Shown: positions 1-11,606, counted from the stretch's first letter. The stretch: DNA of 64,000 nucleotides from Bryobacterales bacterium (GCA_963422375.2 OY729427.2:1536001-1600000); one strand, 5' to 3'. Notes: generated by a model from the letters alone, not told the origin. Numbers and translations: made by a program.

Positions 1-501
1 GGATCGAGCCCCTGCTCCAGCCACCAAGCCGTGCCGGTATTGGGACGATCACGCCTGGCACGGGCGTCGGCGCGCCGCTGCGCCTCCTGCGTCAGGGCGG
101 GGCGGCGTCCGTCTTCCGGAAACGTGATGATGGACGTGCGCCACTTGCCGTCGATCTTGAAGGCGCCGGTGCCGCGGTCCAGCCAGAAGGAGTTGTACCC
201 GCCTACGTTCCCTGCGGAGCCGGTGGAACCGTCCCCGCCCCGAGGCGGCGCGCCCCTGGCGGGATCCGAGGCAGCGTTCCGTCGCGCCCGCGCTTCGGCC
301 GCCCGGCGGGCGAGCCCCTCCGCCTCGTCGTCGGACAGGGTGAGCTTGGTGCCATATTCCTCGGGCCGCTCGAGCGGCGTAAGCGTCTTGACATCGTACG
401 TGCCCGAGAGATACCGGGCGGCCCGAGTCCGCGCGGGGAACTTGCGCGGCAGCCACCAGCAAGAACGCGAGATCCGACGGCATTCGCAGCGACACGGGCA
501 T
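1..501 (-). pseudogene. Secreted hypothetical protein (GRPDLSGTY-type N-terminus), frameshifted near 413, runs off the left edge
   Basis: The signal-like frame (...AAAQVPRADSGRP) continues in another frame as LSGTYDVKTLTPLERPEEYG...GGYNSFWLDRG. Removing one base near 413 gives GRPDLSGTY. Confidence 0.6.
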
Positions 502-891
502 CTGCACCTATTCTGGGAGACCTTGCCTGTACACTGCAAACGGGGCATCGAACACGGACGGCGGCATCGGTGCCCGCCCGGCCGGAAAGTCACCCGAGCG
601 CAAGCGGCCGCGCCGGGCAGGAGACTGCCCGGACATGCCTGCTGGCCTGCAAGGCGTAGGCCCGTGCTGTCCCGCCGGGCCGGCGAGACCGCGACCGGAC
701 GGAGACCACCTGATCATAGAAGCCACCCAAACTCGGAAGAGCCGACAGGAAAGCAACATGAACCGGAGCAACTACTCTAGGTTGATTGCGCGTCAAGGTC
801 GTCAATCAAGTGCTCCATAGCATCAATAATCGCAGTCGAATTACGCCCAATACTCTTAGGAATTTGTTGTGTAATCCTACGCTTATTCGTA

Positions 892-1611
892 TCAAATTCT
901 GTTGAAGATTTCACGGAGTATTCCACTGGGATCGCCATGACTGTTTGCGTATATCGCAAGTCTTTCGAACATTTGAAAAGGTGGATAGTACCACAGGTGA
1001 TCCGCGGTTAAATACTTTCTTGTAGCAGCGTTGCAAACCATGCATGCTTGATTCGCGAGGCTGAACGGCAGACCAGTCCGTTTCCACTCGTGATGGAGCC
1101 ATTCTTGCATACTCAGCTTCTTTCCATTGACCGGAAACTCTGGCTTCTTGACATAGTGGGCACAGACTTCTGTGACTACTGGAAACTGTTTCAGCGTCTT
1201 AGAGTTAGAGTTTCCCGCTATGTGTCCGAGACCCTTGTCCCAGATGTTGCAGCACCGGTACCCCCAGCCGTACTTCAGGAGAACCGGGTGAACAGTCGCC
1301 CACCCGACCTCAGTGCTCCAAAACCAAAGCGTGGTGTCCGGTCGAGAGCGCTCGCTCCACGCCTTGATGTGCGGTTCATACCAACCAGTAAGGGATTCCG
1401 CTGTGCACGTGTCACCTGGGAACCCATCCACCTCGTAGGGTCCGTCCGACACAATGCACACCGGGACTGGCCACTCCGCGTAAAGCCGCTCCGCCCTCCC
1501 GAAGTGGATGGTCACCCCACTCCGCACGTAGGACTTGGTAGTGCGTGCGCCCGAAGGACGCGGCTTGGTCTCATGGCCAGTTGCTTCGCCGAGGCGAGTC
1601 GTCGGATTCAT
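892..1611 (-). pseudogene. Truncated site-specific DNA methyltransferase (N4/N6 type)
   Basis: Contains IVSDGPY (motif IV variant), LWFW and IWDKG segments. There is no FxGxG SAM-binding motif, and the ORF ends in unrelated lower-GC sequence after HGDPSG. Confidence 0.7.
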
Positions 1612-2224
1612 ATGGCTCCGCTGAAGCTCCTGTTCAGTCGCGTTGACACACCACCGGACAGCGTACCACGGCTTTCCTGGGGGGCGAGGCCGAGCCCGAA
1701 CACCTCCGCACGATGAAGAAGCGCCTGAGGAAGCACGCCAGCCCACCTGCCTACTCCCTCCCTCCGGCCGTGTCTTGCAACTTGTCGGTGCCGACCGAGA
1801 GCCCGTGCGCCACGCCTGCGTGTCGTCTCACCTTCTCACCGTCTCGCAGGACGGTGCCGGGCTGGCGTGCGTTCTCGACAGCCCCGAGTCCGGTCACTGG
1901 AGCCATCCGCAGCCGGATGGCACGCGGACGGACAGGCCTCCGAGATTCCTTGGCTGCTTCCAGCCGAAGGCACCTGGCTGTCGCGGCGTGGGCATTGGCT
2001 TGGGACGGGACGGCCGACGGCTGTCCTCTTCCGTCCGTCCCGCGCCAACCGCGAATGGCGCGCCGCTTCCCCGCCGAAGTCTCGACCCGCTGCAAGCCGG
2101 AGAGCGGTCAAGCAATATCGACGCATCAAGCGCAAGGCACCCACCACACCTGTACGCCAAGTCTCGGGAGGCTCGCATCGCCCCGGGGCTGGCACGCCCT
2201 CCCGCGACGCGTGTCGGGGGAAGG

Positions 2225-2253
2225 TTGCCACGCAGATTGCCTTGAACTAGCAT
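2225..2253 (+). promoter_or_regulatory. Sigma70-type promoter, probably leaderless transcript
   Basis: TTGCCA-17 nt-TAGCAT, 6 nt before the ATG at 2260. Confidence 0.6.
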
Positions 2254-2259
2254 TGCAGT

Positions 2260-4677
2260 ATGCTCCGAGGTCTGCGGGCACTGGGACCGGCCGCGGCCAT
2301 GTGGGTCGCCGGCGCTAACGCAGCCGTCTCGATCGAACCGGGCGGAATCAACATCCAGAGTCCCGGCCAGTCCCAGCGCGTGATCGTATCCGGGGGGTCC
2401 GACTGCGAACTGGCAAGCGCCGACCCAGCGGTCGTCGCGCTCGATTCGGACCGTCTCGTGGCGCTCGCCAGTGGCAACGTGCGGATCGCCGCGAGCTGCG
2501 CCGAAGGCACCGCCGAGGCCACGGTGCGGGTGGGAGACTCCCAAGCCGCCGTCGGCGTCGGATTCGAGCGCGACCTGCTTTCGATCCTGACGACCAAGGG
2601 CTGCAACTCCTCGGCCTGCCACGGATCGCCGGCCGGGCAGAACGGATTCAAGCTGTCTCTGTTCGGCTCGGACCCGCATCTCGACCACGAGACGATCGTC
2701 AGCGGTCACGGCGGACGGCGGGTCTCTCTGGACTCGCCCGAGGAATCCCTGTTCCTAGCCAAGCCCGCGTTTCGCGTCGCGCACGGGGGCGGCCAGCTCA
2801 TGACCTCCGCGTCGGACGAGTACGCCACGATCCTCGAGTGGCTGCGCCAGGGCGCGCCGTACGGCGCGTCGGGCGTCCGCTTGGAGCGTCTCGAGATGCA
2901 TCCGGGCGAGCGAGTGCTCCAAGGCACGGGCTCGCGGCAGCAGATCGTGGTCGTGGGACGGCTGTCCGACGGCACGACCCGCGACATGAGCGGCGAGGTC
3001 CGCTACTCGGTAATCGACGAGGCGGTGGTGTCCTTGGACGACAGCGGCGGAGTCGTCGCGACGGGGCCCGGCATCACCACCGTGATGGCGCGCGCGATGG
3101 GGAAGGCCGCCACGGCGCAGTTCATCGTCACCGGGCCAGCGGCCGGGCGAAAGCTGCGGTTCCCCGAGCCGGCGAACCTGATCGACGAGCGGATCTTCGC
3201 GAAGCTCGCGAGCGTCGGGATCGAGCCGTTCCCGCCCAGCGACGACCGCACCTTCCTGCGGCGGGTCTACCTGGATGTCGCAGGGGTACTGCCCACGCGA
3301 GCCGAAGCCGAGAGATTCCTTGCCAGCAGGCATGCGGACAAGCGAGGCAGGCTGATCGACGAGCTGCTGGACCGGGCCGAGTACTCGACGCACTGGCTGG
3401 TGAAGTTCGAGGACTGGTTCCGCAACTCGCAATACTACTCGCAGGGCCGCACCAACGGCTCGTTCAAGCGCTGGCTGCACGACTCCATACGCGAGGACCG
3501 GCCTTATGACGAGACCGTCCGGGCGATGCTGACCGCGGTGGGCGACACCACCGTGCGGCCCGCCGGGAACTTCTGGCACCCGGCGATCGACTTCATGCTC
3601 AAGAAGTTCGAGGTGGAGAAGGCCGTCCCGACGATCACGCGCCTGTTCCTCGGGCGGCGGCTCGAATGTGCGCAGTGCCACAACCACCCGCTCGAGAATC
3701 TCACGCAGGACGATTTCTACGGGCTGGCGGCCTTCCTCGCGCGGACGCGGGTCAAGCACGGCTACGGGCAGTACCGGCGCATCTGGTACGACGACCGCCG
3801 CGGCGAGATCGAGCATCCGGTGACCAAGCGGCCGGTGGCGCCGCGCTTCCTCGACGGGACGGAAGCCGTCGTGCCCGCGGGCGCCAGCCGCAGGGAGGTG
3901 CTGGCCGACTGGATCACTCGCAGGCAGCGACTCCAGTTCGCCCGCGCCACGGTCAACCGCGTCTGGTACGAGTACTACCGGCGCGGGATCGTCGAGCCGT
4001 TCGACGACTTTCGCTCGACCAACCGAGCGACGCATCCGCAGATGCTGGACGACCTGGCCCGGTTCTTCGTCGACTCCGGATTCCGGTTCAAGGCGCTGCA
4101 CCGGCTGATCCTGAATTCGAGGACCTACCAGCTGTCAGCCCACTCCGCTGACAGGCCCGGCGGGACGAGCGCCCTTGAGGACACCCTCTTCGCTCGCTAC
4201 GTCCCGCGCAAGCTCCCCGCCGAGGTGCTGCTCGACGCCATATCACAGGTCACGGGCGTGCCCGAGGAGTTCAACAACTACCCGCCCGGCACGTCGCCGA
4301 AGGAACTGATCGCCAGCATCGGGGCCACGCACTTCCTCACGACCTTCGGCCACCCACGCCGCGACATCATGGGGGCACGGTCCAACTCGCCCTCGCTCGG
4401 GCAGGCCCTGCAGATGATGAACGGGGAGGTGCTCGCGGGCCGGACGGAGGCGGAGGGCTTCGTGATCGACGGACTGCTCGGGCACGGCCTCTCGGACGGC
4501 GAGATCGTGAACGCGCTGTACGGCCGGTCCCTCGTCCGCGAGCCGGACGCGAAGGAGCGGCGCGCGCTGGAAGCCTATCTGGAGGCCGAGCAGCGGGCGG
4601 GCCGAAGCCGCCGGCAGGGCCTCGCCAACCTGCTCTGGGCTATTCTCAATACGAAGGAGTTTCAGATGAACCTGTAA
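2260..4677 (+). CDS. DUF1549/DUF1553 (PSCyt2/PSD1) protein with Ig-like domains
   Basis: Signal peptide, CNSSACHG and CAQCHNHP motifs, FLRRVYLD, VNRVW and LILNSRTYQ segments. Confidence 0.9.
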   Translation: MLRGLRALGPAAAMWVAGANAAVSIEPGGINIQSPGQSQRVIVSGGSDCELASADPAVVALDSDRLVALASGNVRIAASCAEGTAEATVRVGDSQAAVGVGFERDLLSILTTKGCNSSACHGSPAGQNGFKLSLFGSDPHLDHETIVSGHGGRRVSLDSPEESLFLAKPAFRVAHGGGQLMTSASDEYATILEWLRQGAPYGASGVRLERLEMHPGERVLQGTGSRQQIVVVGRLSDGTTRDMSGEVRYSVIDEAVVSLDDSGGVVATGPGITTVMARAMGKAATAQFIVTGPAAGRKLRFPEPANLIDERIFAKLASVGIEPFPPSDDRTFLRRVYLDVAGVLPTRAEAERFLASRHADKRGRLIDELLDRAEYSTHWLVKFEDWFRNSQYYSQGRTNGSFKRWLHDSIREDRPYDETVRAMLTAVGDTTVRPAGNFWHPAIDFMLKKFEVEKAVPTITRLFLGRRLECAQCHNHPLENLTQDDFYGLAAFLARTRVKHGYGQYRRIWYDDRRGEIEHPVTKRPVAPRFLDGTEAVVPAGASRREVLADWITRRQRLQFARATVNRVWYEYYRRGIVEPFDDFRSTNRATHPQMLDDLARFFVDSGFRFKALHRLILNSRTYQLSAHSADRPGGTSALEDTLFARYVPRKLPAEVLLDAISQVTGVPEEFNNYPPGTSPKELIASIGATHFLTTFGHPRRDIMGARSNSPSLGQALQMMNGEVLAGRTEAEGFVIDGLLGHGLSDGEIVNALYGRSLVREPDAKERRALEAYLEAEQRAGRSRRQGLANLLWAILNTKEFQMNL

Positions 4678-4688
4678 GGGGATCCGCA

Positions 4689-5960
4689 ATGCTTCTCTCA
4701 GACACCTCCGCCCGCTACAGCCGCAGGGACTTCCTGCGGGTGGGCGGGATGTCGGTCGGGGGCATTTCGCTGCCGCGCCTGCTGACGGCATCGACCGGGC
4801 GGAGCGAGATCTCCTGCCTGATCTACTTCCACACCGGCGGGCTCTGCCAGCACGACTCGTTCGATCCCAAGCCCGGAGCGCCGCGCGAGATCCGAGGCGG
4901 CTTCGGGACGATTCCGACTTCCGTCCCGGGGGTGCGTTTCAGCGAGCTGCTGCCGCGCAGCGCGGCAGGCTTCCGCCGATTCTCCGTGATCAGGTCAATG
5001 TTCTCGCTGGAAGCGATTCACGAGAAGGCCAAGCAGTACGCATTCTCGGGGCAGCGGCCCAACAACGCCTACAAGCACCCGGTCTACGGCTCGGTGGTGG
5101 CGCGCGAACGAGGGACCCGCAACGGCCTTCCGCCGTTCGTGGTCGTACCGCGCAAGGACATCTGCGCCGACGCGGGCTTTCTCGGCTCTTCCTACGACCC
5201 GTTCATCGCCGGCGACCCGTCCAAGGAGAATTACTCGGTGCAGGACCTTGCCCTGCCCACCGGCCTAGGCCTGGAGGAGGCCCGGGGAAGGGCCCGCCTG
5301 CTGTCGGCGCTGGACGCCCGCCTGGAAGCCGTCGAGAGGTCAGGCCTCGTCGGCAGCATGGACCACTTCTACCAGAAGGCCCTTGACTTGGTGAGCTCGC
5401 CCGAGGCGAAACGAGCCTTCGACCTGGGCGCGGAGCCGGACGCGCTGCGCGACGCCTACGGACGCACCACGGGCGGCCAAGGAGCGCTGCTGGCGCGCCG
5501 ACTGATCGAAGCGGGGGTCCGCTTGGTAACGCTGTTCCACAACGGCTACGACACCCATTCGGACAACGACAAGTCCAACCGGAAGCTGTACCCCGAGTTC
5601 GACCAGTCGTTCTCGACGCTCTTGGAAGACATGGACTCGCGCGGCCTGCTCGACACGACGCTGGTGGTGGCGATGGGCGAGTTCGGGCGCACGCCGGAGA
5701 TCAACCACTCCGCCGGTCGCGACCACTGGCCGGGCGTGTTCTCCATCGCGGTCGCGGGGGCGGGCGTGCCCGGCGGGCAGGTCATCGGCAGCTCGGACGC
5801 AACAGGCGCGGAGCCCAGCGACCGGCCCGTCTCGATCGAGGATCTCGGGGCGACGATTTACCGCAAGCTGGGAATCGACAGCCACAAGGAGTACCACGCG
5901 CTGGGGAGGCCGATCCGGATCAACGATGGCGGGGAACCGATTCGAGAGCTCTTCGGATAG
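4689..5960 (+). CDS. DUF1501 family protein (Tat-exported)
   Basis: SRRDFLR Tat motif; HDSFDPKP, LLARRLIEAGVR, GEFGRTP, GRDHWP. Confidence 0.92.
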   Translation: MLLSDTSARYSRRDFLRVGGMSVGGISLPRLLTASTGRSEISCLIYFHTGGLCQHDSFDPKPGAPREIRGGFGTIPTSVPGVRFSELLPRSAAGFRRFSVIRSMFSLEAIHEKAKQYAFSGQRPNNAYKHPVYGSVVARERGTRNGLPPFVVVPRKDICADAGFLGSSYDPFIAGDPSKENYSVQDLALPTGLGLEEARGRARLLSALDARLEAVERSGLVGSMDHFYQKALDLVSSPEAKRAFDLGAEPDALRDAYGRTTGGQGALLARRLIEAGVRLVTLFHNGYDTHSDNDKSNRKLYPEFDQSFSTLLEDMDSRGLLDTTLVVAMGEFGRTPEINHSAGRDHWPGVFSIAVAGAGVPGGQVIGSSDATGAEPSDRPVSIEDLGATIYRKLGIDSHKEYHALGRPIRINDGGEPIRELFG

Positions 5961-5988
5961 GCGTGCGACGCGGCTTTGCCGCCTCGCC

Positions 5989-7854
5989 ATGGCGGCGGTC
6001 GCAGCGACATGCATCGCGGTCGCAGCCGAGGATCGGGGCGACCCGTGGATTGACCGCCTCGAACCGTTCGGGGGCCAGCGCGGCGCCGAGACGGAGGTGG
6101 CGGTGGTCGGGCGAGACCTGTCCCTGCCGGCCACGCTCGAGTTCGATTCGCCGGATCTCAGCTGGGAGACGGCAGCGAACGACAAGGACGGGACTGTCCG
6201 CGGGATCGTCCGCGTCGCCGCGAGCGCCCGCCCGGGGCCGCATGTCGCGACCTTGGTCACGTCGCAGGGCCGCTCGAACGCCCGTCTGTTCTACGTGGAC
6301 GAGATGCGCTCGGCGCGGGAAGCGGAGCCCAACGACACGCTCGCTACGGCGCAACGCATCTCGCTGGATCCGCAAACCCTCCACGGCGGCATGCCGACGC
6401 TGCGCGACGTCGACTTCTTCGTGTTCGACGCGGAGGCCGGCGAGCGGCGCACGTTCGACCTGCGCTCTCTGGAGTACGGAGGCTTCCTCGAGAACAACCT
6501 GTCGCTGCTGGACGCGGACGGGAACACCGTCGCGTTCAACGACGACAGAGACGACTACCTCGAGACCCCGTTCCTCGAGCATGCCTTCCGGCGGTCGGGG
6601 ACCTACTACCTGAAGCTCGACCAGTACCGCGGTCCGCAGCGTGTCAACTGCCACCGCAACTGCGGCTACATGCTGCGAATCGGCGACTTGCCCGTGGTGG
6701 AAGCGGCCTTCCCGCTCGGGGTGCGGGCTGGCTCCAAGGTCGAGGTGTCCCTGCGCGGCCGCGCCCTAGGCAACGTGGAGAGGGTGTGGATGGCACCCGT
6801 CCGGCGGGCGGAATACTACCGCCTCACGTTCCCATTCACCATGCCGCTGCGCACAGACCAAGCCACGGCGAGCGCCATCGACGGCGAGGTCGCTGCCCGC
6901 TCGGAGCGCGAGGCCGTTGCGCGCTTCGGAATCCCCGACGACGCCTGGCGCGGACTGTGGCGGCTGTGGGTGCAGGCGCCCGGCGGCGTAACGGACTCGA
7001 TCAGCTTCGAGGTGTCCGACACGCCCGAGCCGGACTGCCAGCTTATCGAGCCCTCCCCCGAAGGCGCCGCCTGCAACGGCGTTCTGGAAGGGGAGGCAGC
7101 CGAGCACGAGTACCGGCTGCGCCTGGAGGCGGGCCGGCCGGTGGTGGCGACCACGCTGGCAGCGCAGCTGGGTCTGCCGCGCCTCGACACCGTGCTGGAG
7201 CTGTTCGACAGCGAGGGGCACTTGGTCGCCGAGCACGACGACCTGATGACCGGCCAGGGCACGGTCATCGGCAATCCCGATTCGATGCTCCATTACAGGC
7301 CCGACCGCGGGGGGCTGTACCGGCTGGCAGTTCGCGACCGCCTCGGCCGCAGCGGCGCGGACCTAGCGTACCGGCTGCGAATCGAGGAGCGCGAGCCCCG
7401 CTTCGCGCTGCTCACCAACCCCGAAAACCTGAACGTCCTCCCCGGTTCGACCGAGCGAGTCGGAGTGCTGCTGGTCCCCGAGCCCGGTTTCGAGCGGGCG
7501 GTGGAGGCGTGGCTCGAGAACCCCCCGGAGGGGATCGCCGCCGAGCCCGTCAAGTTTCGGCCCGGGCAGTTCTTCGGGCCTTCCGGAGACGGCGACAACG
7601 TCGTGATTCCCCAGGCGTTGCTCGAAATCGCGGTCGCCCGCAGCCTTCCGCCGGGGGACTATCCGATCCGAATCCTAGGCCGGGCCGCGCGCCGAGGCAT
7701 CCCTGTCGAGGCGATCTCGACACTCTGGATCGGGCCTCCGAGAAAGCGCAACGATGTGCGCAGGCCTCTCGAGATGATTCGCCTCACAGTCCTTCACCCG
7801 CCCGATCCTGAAGTCGCTACCGACGCGACGGCCTCGCTGGGCGGGTTCCGCTAG
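5989..7854 (+). CDS. PPC (pre-peptidase C-terminal) domain secreted protein
   Basis: PFGGQRG, EAEPNDT, DVDFFVF and LDTVLELFD segments; usual third gene of DUF1553/DUF1501 clusters. Start chosen at the first plausible ATG. Confidence 0.75.
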   Translation: MAAVAATCIAVAAEDRGDPWIDRLEPFGGQRGAETEVAVVGRDLSLPATLEFDSPDLSWETAANDKDGTVRGIVRVAASARPGPHVATLVTSQGRSNARLFYVDEMRSAREAEPNDTLATAQRISLDPQTLHGGMPTLRDVDFFVFDAEAGERRTFDLRSLEYGGFLENNLSLLDADGNTVAFNDDRDDYLETPFLEHAFRRSGTYYLKLDQYRGPQRVNCHRNCGYMLRIGDLPVVEAAFPLGVRAGSKVEVSLRGRALGNVERVWMAPVRRAEYYRLTFPFTMPLRTDQATASAIDGEVAARSEREAVARFGIPDDAWRGLWRLWVQAPGGVTDSISFEVSDTPEPDCQLIEPSPEGAACNGVLEGEAAEHEYRLRLEAGRPVVATTLAAQLGLPRLDTVLELFDSEGHLVAEHDDLMTGQGTVIGNPDSMLHYRPDRGGLYRLAVRDRLGRSGADLAYRLRIEEREPRFALLTNPENLNVLPGSTERVGVLLVPEPGFERAVEAWLENPPEGIAAEPVKFRPGQFFGPSGDGDNVVIPQALLEIAVARSLPPGDYPIRILGRAARRGIPVEAISTLWIGPPRKRNDVRRPLEMIRLTVLHPPDPEVATDATASLGGFR

Positions 7855-8846
7855 CCACGGCGCGACATTCGCCCGCGGAGGCTGGGACTGCCGCCGGTTC
7901 CACCATCTGCGACATCGGATCGAGAGTCCGCGCCACAGGGCATGAGCCGGGTCGGAAGGCCCGGCGGCAACAGCCGGATGCTGGCTCCCAAGCCGACGAG
8001 CACCGACCCCGGACCGCCCAGTGCCCCGGCTCGCTGCGAGGGACGCCCCGACCGGGCTCGACACAGCGCTTCGCCCGTGGGTTGCCGAGTGCCATCAAGC
8101 CGAGTCGATCACACCGGATCCGTCTAAGGAGATGGCGATTCCCCCAAGCGGACCAAGGCAGTTCCCGCGGCAGGTCGATTCCGCCGCGAGCGAATCTGAG
8201 TCCAAGGGCCGTTCGGAGCCTTGGGCAATGCGCTGACGGAGCGCATCAAGCGGTTCGGCTCGCTGCCGGCACGGAGGAGGCTCGGCACCTCGCTCGACGG
8301 CCGGCCACGCCGGCGCGGTCCCTAGCGGGCGCCGCCGGATTTCACGAGGCCATTCTCGGCGCGGCGATGGCCCCCCCGGCGCGAGACCGAGGAATCCGAG
8401 GCTCGCGCGCCAAGCACGGCTGCGCGTCAGCAACTCAGGACCGCAACTGATCAGCGCCCGGCTTGGGTCGAGCTGCGACTTGAATAGGCCTGTCGATGCT
8501 GTGTACTAAATCGCGGTGCGTGACTCCGCGGACAACATCCTCGCTCGCAGCAACAAGTCCACTCCCAGCCGTCACGACCGAGTCAACGCCAAGAGACCAA
8601 CTCTCTGGCCGAGGCCACCGCCACGCGACGATCTTGCGTCCACGGTAAGGCGAAAAGAGTGGCGCGAGGCCTGCGATTGTGGCGGTCGAGCGCGAACATT
8701 CGCGCCCGCTCGTCAAGAGGCAGAAACGATCCGTCGCTTGATCCCTTGCTCGGAAGCGGCAGGCCCCGCAATCATTCGCACGAACACCTAGCGGGCTCGG
8801 AAGCGAGCCCCGGAAATCGGATGGCGCCGCATGGCCGCTACTGGCG

Positions 8847-11438
8847 CTACTGGATTGGGAGGGTGGACTGCGTGCCCACGGGTTCGTCATCGTCGACAGG
8901 CTCGTCGATCTCGTCCGTGCGAGGCACCACCACGGCGGCTGCCACCACATCGCCTTTCTCCAGGTTCACTAGCCGCACCCCTCTGACCCAGCGCCCCATC
9001 GGGCGAATCTTGTCGCAGCCGATCCGCAGGATCTTGCCGTTGCGAGTCACGATCATCAGATCGTCGTCGGCCAGGACCCGCATCACCGACACCACCGCTC
9101 CGTTGGAGCGGGTGATCTTGGCATTGATGACTCCCTTGCCACCGCGGCCCGTTACGCGGTACTTGCCGAGCTTCGTGCGCTTCCCGTAGCCGAGCTCGTG
9201 GACGGTCAGTACCAAGTGGTCCTCGTCGGCGCAGATCATACCGATCACGGTGTCGTCCTCCTCGATCCGGATCCCGCGAACGCCCCGCGCGGCCCGCCCC
9301 ATGGCGCGCACCTCGCTGTTCTGAAAGCGGTTGGCCTGGCCCTTCCGAGTCGCGATCAGAATGTCCTTGTCCTTCGCGCACAGCCGGGCCGACACCAGTT
9401 CATCTCCATCGACCAAGATCAGCGCGATGATGCCTCGCGAGTTCGGACGTGCGAACACCTCCAAGGAGGACTTCTTGATCGTGCCTTGGCGCGTGACCAT
9501 GGCGATATAGGTTTCCGGATCGAAGTTTCGGACCGGGAGAAACGCCTGCACTGTCTCTTCCGGCATCATCTCGAGGAGGTTGGCGATGTTCCGCCCGCGC
9601 CCGGAGGCGGCAACCTCGGGAATGGTGTAAATCTTCAGCCAGTAGACCCTCCCCAAGTTCGTAAAGATGAGAATATGAGAGTGGGTCGTGCCGATGAGCA
9701 GACTCTCGACAATGTCCCCGTCCCGCGTCGTCATCCCGATGCGGCCTCTCCCCCCTCGCGATTGCTTGCGATAGGTGTCGAGGGATGTCCGCTTGAGGTA
9801 GCCGTTCTTAGTCACGGTCACGACCATGTCCTCGTCGGCAATCAGGTCTTCGATGGAAATCTCCTTGGCTTCCAGCCCCATCTCCGTGCGACGCTCCGAT
9901 GCGAATTTCTTCTTCAGAGCCCGCAGCTCGTCGACGATTAGCTTGTTCAGGACTTGCTCGGAACTCAGAATCTCCAAGTAGCGCTTGATCTTGTTCTGAA
10001 TCTCCTCCAACTCGTCCAAGATCTTCTGCCGCTCCATGCTGGTCAATCGCTGGAGCTGCAATTCTATGATCGCTTGGGCCTGCCGGTCAGTAAAATCGAA
10101 CGGCAAGGCGCTGGTTTCGCCTCCGTCTCGCAGAAATCGCGAATAATCGATCCTGACCACGCCTGTCAACCCAGCCTTGGCCTCCTTGGGGTTCTGCGAT
10201 GCCCGAATCAGGGCGATGACCTCGTCAATTCGCAGTAACGCCTTGGAGAACCCGAGCAGGATGTGCTCGCGAGCGCGCGCCTTTCGCAGAAGGAAATTCG
10301 TCCTTCGCCGTACAACATCTTGGCGATGGGCGATGAAGAGCTTCAGGTATTCGATCAGTCCGATTTCCTTCGGCCTGCCATCCACGATCGCCAGTATGAC
10401 AACACCGCTGCCCTGCTGAAGATCGGTGTGCTTATACAGATTGTTCAGCAACACCGCGGGCTGCTCGCCACGCTTGAGATCGAAGACGATGCGCATTCCG
10501 CTCCGGTCACTCTCGTCTCGGATGTCGCTGATTCCCTCGATCTTTTTCTGGTTGACGAGATCGGCAGCCTTCTTGATGAGACGCGCTTTGTTGACTTGGT
10601 ACGGAAGCTCGGTGACGATGATCGAATGCCGATCCTTGCCCTTCTCCTCGATCGACGTCCTAGCACGCATTACGATATGGCCGCGCCCTTCCTTGTACGC
10701 TCGCAGCATGCCGGAACGTCCGCATAGAATCCCGGCGGTGGGAAAGTCCGGCCCCTGCACGATGCTCACGATGCGTTCGAACTTCGTGTTCGGGTGCTTG
10801 ATCAGCTGAATCGTCGCGTCGACAAGCTCCCCAAGGTTGTGGGGCGGGATGTGCGTGGCCATGCCCACGGCGATGCCGCTGGCACCGTTGACCAGCAGAT
10901 TGGGCGCCGCCGCCGCAAGGTGCTCTGGCTCCTGCGCGGAATCGTCGTAATTCGGGCGGAAGTCCACCGTGTCCATGTCGATGTCTTCCAGCAGGGCCTC
11001 GGCGTAAGGAGCGAGGCGCGCTTCGGTGTACCGCATGGCCGCGGGCGGGTCGCCGTCAACTGAGCCGAAATTGCCCTGCCCGGCAACCAGAAGCTCACGC
11101 ATGCTGAAGGGCTGCGCCATGCGCACGAGCGTGTCGTAGATCGATGAGTCGCCGTGGGGGTGGTATTTCCCCATGACCTGCCCGACGATGCGAGCGCACT
11201 TGCGCGGAGGCCGGTTCGAGCGAAGGCCCTCCTCGCGCATCGCGTAGATGATCCGGCGCTGGACGGGCTTGAGCCCGTCCCTCACGTCGGGCAGGGCGCG
11301 GCCGATGATGACCGACATCGCATAGTCGAGATACGACTTGCGCATCTCGTGTTCGATGTCGATCGGTCGGATGTCCGGGCGCAGGTCCTGATCTTGGAGG
11401 GACAGTTGCTGGGAGCCGTTGGTATGGTCTTCCGCCAT
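8847..11438 (-). CDS. gyrA: DNA gyrase subunit A
   Basis: [37 protein letters not shown] active site, GyrA-box-like QSRGGRG, C-terminal pinwheel repeats. Confidence 0.97.
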   Translation of the reverse strand: MAEDHTNGSQQLSLQDQDLRPDIRPIDIEHEMRKSYLDYAMSVIIGRALPDVRDGLKPVQRRIIYAMREEGLRSNRPPRKCARIVGQVMGKYHPHGDSSIYDTLVRMAQPFSMRELLVAGQGNFGSVDGDPPAAMRYTEARLAPYAEALLEDIDMDTVDFRPNYDDSAQEPEHLAAAAPNLLVNGASGIAVGMATHIPPHNLGELVDATIQLIKHPNTKFERIVSIVQGPDFPTAGILCGRSGMLRAYKEGRGHIVMRARTSIEEKGKDRHSIIVTELPYQVNKARLIKKAADLVNQKKIEGISDIRDESDRSGMRIVFDLKRGEQPAVLLNNLYKHTDLQQGSGVVILAIVDGRPKEIGLIEYLKLFIAHRQDVVRRRTNFLLRKARAREHILLGFSKALLRIDEVIALIRASQNPKEAKAGLTGVVRIDYSRFLRDGGETSALPFDFTDRQAQAIIELQLQRLTSMERQKILDELEEIQNKIKRYLEILSSEQVLNKLIVDELRALKKKFASERRTEMGLEAKEISIEDLIADEDMVVTVTKNGYLKRTSLDTYRKQSRGGRGRIGMTTRDGDIVESLLIGTTHSHILIFTNLGRVYWLKIYTIPEVAASGRGRNIANLLEMMPEETVQAFLPVRNFDPETYIAMVTRQGTIKKSSLEVFARPNSRGIIALILVDGDELVSARLCAKDKDILIATRKGQANRFQNSEVRAMGRAARGVRGIRIEEDDTVIGMICADEDHLVLTVHELGYGKRTKLGKYRVTGRGGKGVINAKITRSNGAVVSVMRVLADDDLMIVTRNGKILRIGCDKIRPMGRWVRGVRLVNLEKGDVVAAAVVVPRTDEIDEPVDDDEPVGTQSTLPIQ

Positions 11439-11474
11439 AGAACCTGTAGTAGGGGGACTCCTTGATTATACAAC

Positions 11475-11506
11475 AACTGGCACCGCGCTCAACTGGCACC
11501 GCGCTC
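11475..11506. repeat. Perfect 16-bp tandem duplication in the gyrA promoter
   Basis: aactggcaccgcgctc x2, next to a minus-strand TATAAT at 11465-11470. Confidence 0.9.
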
Positions 11507-11606
11507 GCTTCGTCGAACGGAGGGAGCCCAAGCCGCGGCGCGGGGCGTCCCCGGAGCCGTCCAAGCCAGGCGAACCGAGTTCGCGGTCGCAGGGCCGAGA
11601 CCGCGG

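Noticed and set aside
7860..7945. RRLGL..RFHHLRH resembling a tyrosine recombinase motif
   Set aside because: It needs a frameshift, and no other integrase motifs are visible.
7950..8840. Several short ORFs between the PPC gene and gyrA
   Set aside because: They have no recognisable domains or start signals and are probably eroded DNA.
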